64,000 nucleotides of DNA from Euglena gracilis (taxonomy: Eukaryota), in the NCBI GenBank assembly GCA_039621445.1, contig CP154954.1, forward strand, positions 2,542,001 to 2,606,000, read 5' to 3'. Shown here one piece after another: positions 12,800-24,236 of the stretch (positions are counted from its first letter, which is position 1; every line of letters begins with the position of its first letter). The notes under the pieces were generated by a model that saw only the letters and a program-made list of their open reading frames with translations, was not told the DNA's origin and did no database searches. The translations under genes and the position numbers were made by a program.

Positions 12800-14465
12800 A
12801 GGACAAGGCAGTACAGTTGGTCAAACCTTGGGACCCCCCTCCCCCCCCCTGTACAGTTCCAACCCCCCCCTCCCGGGACCCCCCCCACTTCCAACCCCCC
12901 CGAGACAGATGAAAAAAAATAAAAAAACCGGCTTGTTTTTTGGAAACAAAAAAAACATGCGGTTTTAAGGGGGTGGTGGCGGGTGGGGGGGGGGGGGGGT
13001 CATGGGGGGGTCACGGGGCGGGGGGGGGGGTCACGGGGGAAGTATGCCACTTTGCAGGTAGCCGGGAGGCAACATCCATGACGTTGCATCGTGATAAAAT
13101 TGGTCATTTTTTGAAAGGGAATTTCGTTAGGATTTTCTTGACCAACACGTTTTTGGGACGAAGTTTGGGCCATTTTTGACAAAATTCCGTTTTGGGTGGG
13201 GAAATGCACCAGTTTTTGGCACTTCTTTCAGGGAAAAATATTTTTGGCCATTTTTGGGAATGAAGGTGCATTGGGCGGACAAGGATACATGAAAATTCAT
13301 TGTTTTTTTTTAAAAAAAATGCTTTTAAAAAAAGAATGGCGAAGGATCGATTCTCGGGTCATGTGGGGGGTTACGGGGTGTAACGGGGGGGGGTCACCCC
13401 CTAAGAATTTTTTTTAAAAAAAACAAAAAAAACCAATGGAGGGTTTGGGGGAATTTTTTTTAAACTTTTTTTTAGAAAAAAGGTCTTTTTTCATCTCTAC
13501 AGCTTCGTAGTCTGTAAAGGGTGCTGGATGAAGTGTCTGGAAAAACTAAAAAAACGTCACGTTTGATGACCAAAAAAAAATGACCCTAAAACTTTTTCCT
13601 CAAAAAAATGGCCATTTCGCAAGGAAACAGGTCAATTTTTGCTTTTTTAAAAAAGAAAACAGGTTTTTTTTGTGTTTTTTTTGAAAAAAAAAAAACATAT
13701 TTTTAGTTCTTTGTTGAAAAACAAAAAAACGTCAACCCTGGCTCAATTCCGCATGGTGTGCCAAGGCGGAGCTGCTTCTTGCCTTTCTGCTAAGTGTTTA
13801 AAGTGAAAACACTGGCTACCATTCTTTTTACAAGAGACAAAATTTTCGCAAAATGCATCTGAATTTCGCAAAATCCATCATTGCCAACCTCAATTGGACG
13901 AAAAATGTCGCAACTGTCTCGGGGGTAGGCAGTACAGTTGTGATTTTCTGGGGACCCCCCTCCCCCCCCCTGTACAGCTTCCAACCCCCCCCTCGGACCC
14001 CCCCACTCCCCCCCCTGTGCCTTGTCTCCATGGGGACAAGGCAGTACAGTTGGTCAAACCTTGGGACCCCCCCTCCCCCCCTGTACAGTTCCAACCCCCC
14101 CCTTCCTGGACCCCCCCCTCCCCCCCCACTTCCAACCCCCCCGAGACAGATGAAAAAAATTAAAAAAAAATGTTTTTTTTAAAAAAAAAAAAACATGTTT
14201 TTTTAAGGGGGTGGGGCGGTTTGGGGGGGTTCATGTGGGGGTCACGGGGCGGGGGGGGGGTCACGGGGGAAGTACCCCCCCCCCCCATATTGTCCCACCG
14301 ACCTCTCCCGACGGGACAATATGGGGGGGGGGGACAATATGGGGGTACGTGTTGGTGTGCGTGTGTGCGTGTGTGGGTGTGGGTGTGTGTGCGTGTGTGG
14401 GTGTGGGTGTGTGGTTGTGTTGTGTGTGTGTGTGGTTTTTTTTTTTGGCATACCTCCTCCCGTGG

Positions 14466-17400
14466 TTAACGGAGGACGTGCTTGGGTTGTAAGAGGTGGA
14501 ACACTTCTCGGAGCAAGGCGATGGCCACATTTTGGTAGATTTCCGCTTGCTTGGTTTCGCGCTCAGCGCCCTGTTGCCAGGACGATGCGCGTTTGGCCAC
14601 TCTGCTCAGTGTCTTGGCCGTTTCCGGTCCCATGCCACCCCATGTCCCGAGGGCGAAAGGTGTGAAGCCCCAACCTGCTTGCTGACATGGCACGTTGTAT
14701 TTCTGCTTTTTGGCGTCCTCCCTCCTCTTCAGGAAGGATCTCCAGCGTTCGCGCGTCGCTGTGTGTTCTGCCGCTTGCCATCCGTGGCAGACGGTGACGT
14801 CCAGCGCCGTCGGCTTCCCCTCGGACCAGCAGTCCAGCAGGAGGTCCGCCGGGCGTAGGTGACTGTCTCGGGCCGTTGGCAGGGAAACTTCCTTCTGCAC
14901 CCGGTGACCGCTGTTGGACAAGGTTTGAAACAGAGCGTCCTGAACAGCGTTGTGCCGGGCTGAGAAGTTGTTCCTGCGGCAGCAAAGCAGGTGGTCGCCT
15001 TCCTGGTCCAGAGGCTGGCCGCACCCTGTGCACGGCTGGCTGACGTCCACCAGCACCGGAAGCCCTAACCACCACTTCAGTCCCAAGGTGTACTCCTCGC
15101 TAGAGAAGGTGGTGTGGGAGTTGTTGGAGGGGGTGGCCGCCATCCACCCGTGTCCGAACCCCGTGGCTTGTTCAAGGAGGCGGTTCTGGTCGCGAGGCCG
15201 GGCCTGGTCCACAAGGCCGCCCATCGCCTTTTTGCCCAGCTCGTGGTTCCACCACTTTTGCCTCCGGGGTTCTTGGTCCGCGGAGGCGAGTCGTTGTGGG
15301 TCTGTGAGGAAGGTGGTGACCGTGGCATGGTTGGCTCCTAGCCTGCCCCGGAGGTCGTCCAGGACGGGCGCGACCAGGGGTAGCTGCAGGCCGGATGCGT
15401 AGTCGGGCACACCCACGCGCCTGGCCCCGTCTGAGTAGAAGTCTGCAAGACAGGAGATCCTGGCTGCGGGCTGAGTGCAGGACGGGACGCGGAGGCCGCA
15501 GCCCCCGCTGGATAGGGGCAGCGACGCTTGGGTCTGCTGTTGTGGGTTCAGTGCCGTGCCCAGTATGTCCTCGAAGGCGTTCATGATGACCTCCGAGCAG
15601 CCTGTAATCTGATCTTGGCTGCCATACGAGTCGGACGCGCGTAGGAGGTGGTTCACTTTGCAGCCGTCTAGGCAGCTCCGCAGAAGGTGATGTGCCACCT
15701 GGGCGTCGGTGAGGGACGTTATGGTAGATGAGGCCTTCTCGATCTTGGGCAGCATCCGCCCACGCTTTCTTAGTGGTGTCGGAGGACGCGGGGTGGTCTA
15801 CTGGGATTCCGAGCACGGTAATGCCTTCCCCTGGTGACCAAGGGACCACTTGCAATCTGTCGCAACTGGGTGCACTCCGCGCTCCCGGGCCCCACATGAC
15901 GCACTTCTGCAGGTTGAGGCGAGGCCGATGCGGTGGGACTCTTGCAGCAGGAAACGGAGGCAGTGTTCAATCCTGTCGGGGGTTCCGACCAGGAGGCCGT
16001 CGTCCAGGTACCAGCTGTTCCATAGCAGCTGGCCGTCCCTGGTTATCTGGTCCAGCAGCGGCTGCAGCGCCAGGGCGAACCCGATGGGGCCCAGAGGGCA
16101 GCCCTGGTGTGTGCCCCTCTGGGAAAGGATGGTGCGGCCCCCGCAGAAGAGGGGGACGGGCCCGCTGTATGCAAACCTCAGGAAATTGAACAGACTGGGT
16201 GTACGGGTCTCGGCCTCTGTGAGGATCGCCCCTCGGTCAACTGTGTTGAAAGCATTGGAGTAGTCCACCTGGAGGGAAACCCAGGGTGAGGTGTCCCCCA
16301 GCTGAAGCACGAGGTGCTGCATGCCCAGGGCAACGGCCTCGGCGGCGTTCCGTACCCCAACCCCGACCTGGGTGGGGGCGAGCGTTGCAACCTCCGACCG
16401 GGCATGTGGTGTCTGGAGCAGTGTTTTCCCTACCAGGCGGCGGATGGTCTCCCCAACCGCCACTGGCCGCACCCCGTTGTCCTTCTTGCGGAGTGGGGTC
16501 AGATTCGCGCAGCACCAGGCCGCGGCGTGGTGCGGGGGTAGTAGCTGGCCGTCAATCCAGAACTGGGTCAGCCGCGCAAGGGCTGTGATCAGCTTGGCTC
16601 CTCGGCCCGGCCTACGAAGACAGTCTTGGAGGTGGCTGGGCCGCAGGCCCGACGGGCCTGCGGCGGAACCCCGTGGGAAACGGCGGATGGCCTCCTTCAG
16701 TCTGTCCTCCCATTCCGGGATGTGGTTCTCAGGGAAGGGCTTAACATGTCGCGGGAGGCGGTTGGTGTCCACCTGTCTGCCGCTTGGGTGCAACTTCTCC
16801 AGGGCAGCCCAGACATCCGGATCATCCGGTTGGTGCGCGCCCTCAGAGAGCAGTAGCTGGACTGCCTTCGCAGACGCCCCTCTTCAGCGGTGAGGGTGCG
16901 CACACCCGTCTCGTGATGGCCTCACTGAGGGCGGTCGGCTGCGTTCTGGAGCGCTTTTCCGCCCTGGTTTCCACGACGGAGTGTCGAGCCTGTGCGTCTT
17001 TATTGCCTCTGTCAGAAGGGTGCCGTAGTCCCCCTCGCGGAACAGTTTGGTACGCCTCAGCAGGATGGACTCCAGCTCCGCTGCCGGCGGTGGTTTGGTA
17101 GTCGACACCGGTCGGAGGACGAGTTTCGGGAAGGATAGGACGCTGAATAGAGCAGCGTCCGAGGGTGCGTGCGTGTATGCGTTGATGGCATCTGCCAAAG
17201 TGTCAAAGACAGGTTGCTGGAAGGCCGAGGGCAGGTGAATAAGGGTCGAGATTCTTTGTTGGAGGACGTGGGTGATGTCGCAAGGGGGAGTGCCCACGAC
17301 CAGATTGTGTGCGGGCCGTCCCCGGAGGTTGGACTCCTGCCCCGCGCTGTCGATAACTACCGCGCGGCGTCAAGTTCCGGGAGCCAGGTCCAGAAAGAGG

Positions 17401-17468
17401 TGGTCGTGGTCCCGGGCATCCGCAGCAGCCGGTGCGCCATGAGGTGGCCCGGAGGCCGGGCGCTTGGC
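14466..17468 (-). pseudogene. RT-RLE protein of element A (several frameshifts)
   Basis: ORF pieces 16884-17297, 15798-16793 and 14466-15755; GPSG, RPVAVGE, VDYSNAFN, QGCP, YLDD (15999-16010), CTGC..HLLCC, RHN, RPAD, DVT, KKQKY. Confidence 0.92.
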
Positions 17469-17522
17469 TGGCCCAGGGTTCTCCTCCACATCTCCACAGG
17501 TGAGGAGGCTACCCCGTCCGCG
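17469..17522 (-). other. 2A peptide RGRGSLLTCGDVEENPGP preceding RT-RLE (element A)
   Basis: 17/18 residues identical to Thosea asigna virus T2A (EGRGSLLTCGDVEENPGP). Confidence 0.95.
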
Positions 17523-17821
17523 GTTTGCCCCCCGTATGCAAGGACTGCCCCGCGGCGGACAACGATGGCCGTTTTTTGGCAGTGAGTCGGCTACCGCTGC
17601 CGGATCCAGGGGGGCCCGTGGCCCGTCGAGGAGGGAGTGAGGGGTGGGGGTCAAAAGCCGGGCGTAAGAGCGGTGGTCTAGGGGCGGCAAACTGAAGAGG
17701 GAGCAGCGTGGGGCAGTCCCAAGGCCATTGCCACAGGCCGCAGCGAAGGCACCAGCAGGGGGTCTGACCGCGGATGTCCCACGGGGCGTTCCGGTGGAAT
17801 AGGAATGTCCGGCCTGCTGCA

Positions 17822-17995
17822 TACCACCCCCCCCCTTTATTGTCCCACCGACCCCCACGGGCGGCCCTTACAATAAGGGGGGGGACAAGAAAGGGGTACC
17901 AAAGGAATTTCATTGGCCGGGCCAAAAAAACCCCCCGTCGGCCGGGGCCCAGGGACAATCAAGGGAGGGGGACAATAAAGGGGGCGGGGGTGCTA
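17822..17995 (-). mobile_element. TA-flanked MITE inserted into the Cys-rich cargo domain of element A
   Basis: Related to 32867-33044; removing it restores the frame ...FRLGD-Y-AAGRTF... Confidence 0.85.
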
Positions 17996-18189
17996 GTCCC
18001 CTAGGCGGAAGACTTCGCCGCCATGAGTGGAGCGGCGTTCTATGATAAGGCGTTGTTGGCCAAGGGAGAGGAGCGGTGCAAGGGGGTAAGGGGAGTGCGC
18101 GTGGCGCGAGAAGTGCCGTCCGTGGTCAGCGCCCCGGTGGGGACCCGGGGGGCCGGGCGCCGCATGGGCTGCCGCTGCCGGTGTGGCAA

Positions 18190-18585
18190 ATCCGTAGGGC
18201 TGTGGTCGACCATGGGGGCCGGCAGCAGCGCTGTCCCCCGGGCCCGGTAGATGGGGCATCGCGGTAAGGTCACGGAAAGCGAGGAGAGGCGCCGCAGGCC
18301 GGCCAGCGCGGTGGACCACTCCGGTGCGAGGAGGATGATGTTGCCCCCAAATCGAAGGACGTGTTCCAAAACACGGGGGAGCAGGGAGAAGGGTGGGTTG
18401 CACCACAGCGGGTTTGGCAAGTTCCAATTCTGGAGGAATGCATCCTCCCTTGATGACCAGAAGGCGTCCAGTTGGGTGTTATTTTGGTCGGCGAAAGCGT
18501 CGATGGTGGGCGGGTTATGGGGGGACAGAGCCCGTACCACCGCCTGGAACCACTCGGTGTCCAGCATGAAGTCTTCGCGTGGTGC
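18190..18585 (-). CDS. Phage Dam/DIRS-like DNA N6-adenine (amino) methyltransferase domain, 2A-delimited
   Basis: PTIDAFADQNN (SAM-binding), DAFLQNW, LWCNPPFS (NPPF at 18388-18399), IILLAPEW; put in frame with the upstream 2A by adding one base to a 7-G run. Confidence 0.85.
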
Positions 18586-18623
18586 GAGGGGGGGAGAACG
18601 GATGAAGCCCGGCCGGAGCTCGT

Positions 18624-18677
18624 GGGGCCGGGGTTGCTCTCCACATCTCCCGCAGTGAGGATGTCTGCGCCCCTGCC
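18624..18677 (-). other. 2A peptide GRGADILTAGDVESNPGP (element A, before the methyltransferase)
   Basis: Canonical DVExNPGP. Confidence 0.9.
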
Positions 18678-18919
18678 GCTCCGAGGCCGCGGGGGAGCTA
18701 ACAGGCGGCGGCAGCCGGCGGCCTGGCGGCGAAGTGTGGAGGTGATGAGGCGCCCACGCGGGGCTCCCTGTGAGTCTCTGGGGGGGGAAGCACGTGGACG
18801 TGGAGTGGAGGTGAGGCCCCGGGGGGTGCCGGTGCCGGGCTGCTGGGCCCAAGAGCGGACGCTCCCCGTCTGGGACGCGTGGAGTCATCGTCGTCGGCAT
18901 CGTCATCCTCCGGGTCGCT

Positions 18920-19372
18920 ATCGACGTCAGAGAGAGACGGTGGTTGGCAGATCTGCATGTGGGCAACTATGGGCGCTGGGTAGGGGGTCGCAGTCGACCA
19001 TCCGCACATTTGGCAGTGTACCAGCCACCACTCGCCGTTTGGGAGGGACTCCAAGTGCTGTAGCCTCCAGCGCCACGAGTCTTCTCTTATGGAGGGGAGA
19101 GAGAAAATGTTTCCCATGGGCCTACCCGCCTGGCATTGATGGGACTGCATGCCTTGGAGGGACGACAGGTTGACGTGCTGAGAGCACAAGAGGCATCTCG
19201 CAAATTCGGACCCTGCCGACGCGAGGTGTGCTGCCGTCCCCGACGACGAGGGGCCGGCGGTTGCCGGGGTGAGCAGACGTAGCCACCGCCAGTGTTGGCC
19301 AGTCCAGTAGATCTCCTCCCAGACGTCGTCGGGCGCCAGGGGGGGGGATGGGCTCGCCGGTCCCCCCGGGCG
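18920..19372 (-). CDS. 2A-released module with two Trp-rich CxxC..H..C zinc fingers (BED-like), element A
   Basis: VWEEIYW..FARCLLC..MQSHQC and WRW..WLVHCQMC..IVAHMQIC, then an acidic tail; conserved in B. Confidence 0.65.
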
Positions 19373-19430
19373 AGGCCCCGGGTTCTCCTCGATATCGCCG
19401 CAGCAGAGGATATCCCTGTGGCAGAGCTGC
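19373..19430 (-). other. 2A peptide QLCHRDILCCGDIEENPGP (element A, first)
   Basis: Canonical DIExNPGP. Confidence 0.9.
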
Positions 19431-20751
19431 CTCGAGAGGCCGGGGCGACTGTGACCGTCGGCGTGATGCCACCCCATCGTATGCCCGTGGCGCCGGCCCC
19501 CCCCGAGGGGCGGTAGCCGGCCGCCCTCCCCCCCCCCTTCTTGGGGCTGCGCGCAGGGGGGATACAGGAGCAGCTGGACGTCGTCGTCCGCTAGGTCAGA
19601 CCAGGTGCGACCGGGGGGGGGGGGGGGCAGGGGGGAAGTGGTGGTGATATGGATTCCCTCCAGCCAGTGGTCCACGAGGACTTTTTTGTATTTTTTCTGG
19701 ACCCGGTCCATTCCCCCCAGATGGAGGCGTCCGTCGAAGACAGCACAGACCAATCGTCTGCTGCTGAAATCGAGTTTGTCGGCAGGTTGGCCGGGGCTCT
19801 GGAACTGGCTGCTAAGGTGTGCTCCTTTTTTTGTGCAGCCCTTTTTTGATCCACCAGGTCGGTGACCATTTTCTTTTCCTCAGTGGACCTTGTCCTGAGT
19901 TTTTCCAAAATCCTCTGGATTTGGGGTGTTGTGGTGCATTTTTGGGGGGGGGGCCTTGGCCCAGTCCTGGGTGTGACTTCAAAAACTTCTGCCCCCCCCT
20001 CTTCCACTCCCCCCCCCTTCGATTTGGCAGGGCACAAATGAAGGAGATGGTGGGAGGAAGGGTCCAGAGGGTCCAGCTGCCATTAAGAGCGGGGCATCGG
20101 TAGCAATGGACATGTGGCTGCCATTTGAATTTAAATTTAAATTTAAATTTGGAACATTTCCAAGCAGCATCCACATGATTTGTAGCAGCAGCTGTCGCAG
20201 CAGGTCGGTGGGGAGCTGCAGCCCTTGGTTGGCTGTTGCACTGGCTGTCATGGTGGGGGTGTTCCCCACAGGGCCCCCCAGGAGGCTGCCCATCTGGGCC
20301 CCCATTTGGCTGCCCATTTGCCCCATTTGGGGCTGCAGCTGTTGCTGCTGTTGCTGCTGTGGCTGCTGTTGTGGCTGGGCAGTCCTTCCAGGCTTCCCCT
20401 GGGGATTTAAAAGTGTGTGGTGTGTGTGGTGTGTGTGTGTGTGTGTTGTAGCCAGGGGGGCGGTAAGGGCTGCTCAGGCTGGTGTCGGAGGTGGCGGGGG
20501 ATGTAGCGGCTCTGGTGCTTTTTTTTGAGGAACTCCTCGTAGGCTTCGTCTTCTTGTCGTCTCCTTTTTCCCGGTCGTCCTTCCTCCACCTTGTCGGCCA
20601 GCTCTTCCACTTTGCTTGCTAATACCACCATATTTTGAGCCACCAGGCTCACTTGCTCCAGCACCGAATTCAATTTTTTGTTGAGGATGACGTTGTCCAG
20701 CGGCACTTCCAGCACGGCTGGCGGGTCTTCTGGGGCCGCGGCCCCCGACAT
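19431..20751 (-). pseudogene. ORF1-like N-terminal region of element A (coiled-coil, Q/QMG-rich), frameshifted
   Basis: ATG 18 nt after the SL (GCCATG); heptad-like LNSVLEQVSLVAQNMVVLASKVEELADKVEE; QMGSQMG and LPTDLLRQLLLQ shared with B. Confidence 0.6.
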
Positions 20752-20769
20752 GGCGGTTTATGCGGAGAT

Positions 20770-20795
20770 CGAAAAAAAATAGACACTCAGAAAGT
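20770..20795 (-). other. Exact spliced-leader exon at the 5' end of element A
   Basis: ACTTTCTGAGTGTCTATTTTTTTTCG, 26/26 to the Euglena SL as I recall it. Confidence 0.92.
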
Positions 20796-21109
20796 GGCTC
20801 AACTTTTTTTTTTCGGACACAGAGTGATTCACTCACGGTGGTGGGGCGAACCGAATCCACCGACCAGTGGCGCAGCCTACTGGATTTGAATGTTCGAGGG
20901 TGCGGGGATATAGACAACGCTGGAGTGTGGGTCAGTTCACAGCAGGGGCAAAGGGCGGCGGGAGGAAAATGGGCGAGGCCCACCTTCAATATGTTGCGCG
21001 GGGGAAGAGAGGAGCGGAGGTGTGCGGCGGAACAGGAGTACGTGCGGGGGAGGAGGGGTGAGCGGCAGGGCAGTACGCGGCTCGGTGAGGTGTGCTGTGG
21101 TGGGCGTGG

Positions 21110-21145
<36 letters not shown>

Positions 21146-21183
21146 CTGTGCGTTCGTTTTCTTCCGTCTCTCTGTTTTTTTTT

Positions 21184-24182
21184 TTATCGGAGAATGTGCT
21201 TGGGTTGAAGGAGGTGGAAGACTTCGCGTAGCAGGGCGATTGCAACGTTCTGGTAGATCTCTGCCTCCTTTGTTTGACGTTCCGCTCCCTGTTGCCAGGA
21301 GGAGGCGCGTTTCGCCGCCCTGCTCAGGGTTTTGGCCGTCTCAGGTCCCATGCCCCCCCACGTCCCGAGGGCGAAGGGCGTGAAGCCCCAGCCTGCTTGC
21401 TGGCATGGGATGTTGTACTTTTGCTTTTTGGCCTCCTCCCGTCTCTTCAGGAAAGATCTCCACCGTTCGCGGGTGGCCGTGTGTTCCGTCGCCTGCCATC
21501 CGTGGCAGACGGTGACGTCCAGTGCCGTCGGTCTCCCGTCAGACCAACAGTCCAGGAGGAGGTCAGCCGGGCGGAGGTGGTTATCTCGTGCCGTTGGCAG
21601 GGCAACCTCCTTTTGCACCCGCTGTCCGCTGTTAGACAAGGTTTGGAAAACCGCGTCTTGCACAGCGTTGTGGCGGGCGGCGAAGTTGTTCCTGCGACAG
21701 CAGAGGAGGTGGTCTCCCTCCTTGTCCAGGGGCTGGTTGCATCCCGTGCATGGTTGGCTGACATCGCTTAATACCGGGAGGCCCAGCCACCACTTCAGCC
21801 CCAAGGTGTACTCTTCGCTGGAGAAAGTGGTGTGGGAGTTATTTGAGGGGGGTGCCGCCATCCAACCGTGTCCGATACCTGTAGCCTGTTCCAGGAGGCG
21901 GTTTTGGTCCCGCGGTCTGGCGTGGTCCACTAGATCATCCATGGTCTTCTTGCCCAGCTCGTGACTCCACCACTTCTGCTTCCGGGGCTCTGAGTCCGCG
22001 GAAGCGATGCGTTGAGGGTTGTTGAGGAAGGTGGTGACGGTGGCGTGATTGGCCCCTAGCCGGCCCCTGAGGTCGTCCAAGACAGGCGTGATGAGGGAGA
22101 GCTGTGGGGAGGTTGCGTATCCAGGAACACCGACACGTCGTGCCCCATCAGAGTAGAAATCTGCAAGGCAGGAAATCCTGGCCGCCGGCTGTATGAAAGA
22201 TGGGACGCGGAGGCCGCAGCCGCCACTCGACCAGGGCAGGGAAGCCTGGGCCCGCTGTTGTGTGTTGAGAGCCGTGCCCAGTACGTCCTCAAAGGCGTTC
22301 AAGATCACCTCAGAGCAGCTTCTCACCTGGTCCTGGCTGCCATACGAGTTAGAGGCACGCAGCAGGTGGTTTACCTTGCAGCCATCCAGACAGCTTCGGA
22401 GCAGGTGATGTGCTACCTGAGCGTCGGTGACGGACGTGATGGTGGATGAAGCCTTCTCAATTTTGGCGGCGGCAATCTCCCACGCAGTTTGTGTGGTGTC
22501 CGTAGAGGCTGGATGGTCGATTGGGATACCCAGGACGGTGATGCCCTCCCCTGGGGTCCAGGGGACCACTTTCATCCTCTCACAGCTCGGCATACTCCTG
22601 GCTCCCGGGCCCCACAAGACGCACTTCTGCAGGTTCAGGCCGAGCCCCACTCGATGGGACTCTTGCTGCAGGAAACGTATGCAGTGCTCAATCCGGTCTG
22701 GGGTCCCGACCAGCAGGCCGTCGTCCAGGTACCAGCTGTTCCACAGCAACTGGCCATCTTTGGTGATCTGTTCCAATAGAGGCTGTAGCGCAAGTGCGAA
22801 CCCTATAGGGCCCAAAGGGCAGCCTTGGTGTGTGCCCCTTTGTGATAGGATGGAGCGACCACCACAGAACAAGGGAACGTGCCCGCTGTACGCAAATCTC
22901 AGGAAATTGAACAAGCTGGGGGTGCGCGTTTAGGCCCCGTTAGGATCGCCCCGCGGTCCACCGTATTGAACGCATTGGAGTAGTCCACCTGGAGAGAAAC
23001 CCAGGGCGATGTGTCCCCCAGCTGGGTGACCAGGTGTTGCATCCCCAATGCGACGGCCTCAGCTGCGTTTCGTACCCCAACCCCAACCTGGGTAGGGGCG
23101 AGGGCGGCAACCTCGGATCTGGCGTTTGGTGTCTGGAGCAGGGCTTTCCCCACCAAGCGGCGGATGGTTTCCCCAACCGCAACCGGTCGTACCCCGTTAT
23201 CCTTTTTGCGGAGGGGTGTCAGATTCGCACAGCACCAGGCGGCGGCGTGGTGGGGCGGTAGCTGGCCGTCCACCCAGGCTTGTGTCAGGAGAGCGAGGGC
23301 AGTGACCAGCCTTGCTCCCCGGCCTGGTCTCCGCAGGCAGTCTTGGAGGTGGCTCGGTCGCAAACCAGATGGCCCCGGCGCCGACCCCCGCGGGAAGCGT
23401 CGAATGGCTTCCCTCAGTCTGTCCTCCCAGTCAGGGGTGTGGTTCTCGGGAAATGGGCGGACGTGACGCGGCAGGCGGTTGGTGTCAACGTTCCTGCCGA
23501 TAGGGTGTAGCTTTTCCAGGGCGGCCCAGACCTCTGGGTCGTCAGGTTGGTGCGCCCCCTCGGACAGCAGAATCTGGACAGCCTTGGCCGAGGCCCCCTC
23601 CGCAGTGAGGGTGCGTATGCGTCTATTCATTGCTTCACTGAGGGTGGTGGGCTGTGTCCTGGAGCGTTTTTCCGCCCTGGTTTCAACAATGGAGTGTCGT
23701 GTCTGGGTGTCCTTCTGGGCCTCTGCCAGCAGGGTGGCATAGTCCCCTTCGCGGAAGAGCCTGGCACGTCTCAGCAAGATGGACTCCATTTCTGCAGGTG
23801 GCGGTGGTTTGGTTGTTGACGCGGGGCGTAGGACAAATTTGGGGAAGGAGAGCACGGCGAACAGCGCCGCGTCCGATGGTGCGCGTACGTAGGCCGTGAT
23901 GGCGTCTGCCATGGTGTCGAAGACATATTGTTGGCAGGCGGAGGGTAGGTGGATGAGGGTCGGAATTCTCTGTTGGAGAACGTGGGTGATGTCGCAGGGG
24001 GGAGCCCCAATCACCAGGCTATGCCCAGGCTGCCCTCGGAGATTGGATTCCTGGCCTGCGCTGTCGATGATCATTGCCGCGTCGCGATCCGGGTGAGCGA
24101 GGTCCAGGAAAAGGTTGTCATGCTCCCTGGCGTCTGTTTCGGTTGGCGCGCCACGAGGGGATGTTGGTGCCGGGCGCTTGGC
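21184..24182 (-). CDS. RT-RLE protein of element B (one frameshift near 22930, possibly a sequencing error)
   Basis: ORFs 22899..25364 and 21184..22914; YLDD at 22720-22731; complete RLE motifs; closely similar to A. Confidence 0.92.
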
Positions 24183-24236
24183 TGGTCCCGGGTTCTCCTC
24201 CACATCCCCGCAAGTGAGAAGGCTACCCCGTCCGCG
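24183..24236 (-). other. 2A peptide RGRGSLLTCGDVEENPGP (element B)
   Basis: Same peptide as in A but with many synonymous codon differences. Confidence 0.95.

Larger units (their letters stand above)
10746..14272. mobile_element. Two copies of a ~1.25-kb non-autonomous TIR element (termini GACAAGGCA), rearranged by the inversion
   Basis: 10746-11932 is the reverse complement of ~13063-14029; 12801-13062 repeats as 14034-14272; GACAAGGCA occurs at each end. Confidence 0.75.
14349..20795 (-). mobile_element. Element A: full-length SL-capped CRE-like retrotransposon with three 2A peptides and methyltransferase cargo (distal 3' UTR displaced to 12026-12257)
   Basis: SL 20770-20795, ORF1-like start MSGAAAPE at 20751, 2As at 19373, 18624 and 17469, RT-RLE to 14466, (CA)-rich 3' UTR. 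Confidence 0.9.

Noticed and set aside
17469-17522. Cloning-vector T2A contamination
   Set aside because: Two copies with different codons are embedded in frame in diverged genomic elements, alongside other 2A variants; no vector sequence nearby.
20770-20795. SL RNA gene
   Set aside because: No GT donor or SL intron follows the exon in any of the three copies, and no 5S rRNA is recognisable.
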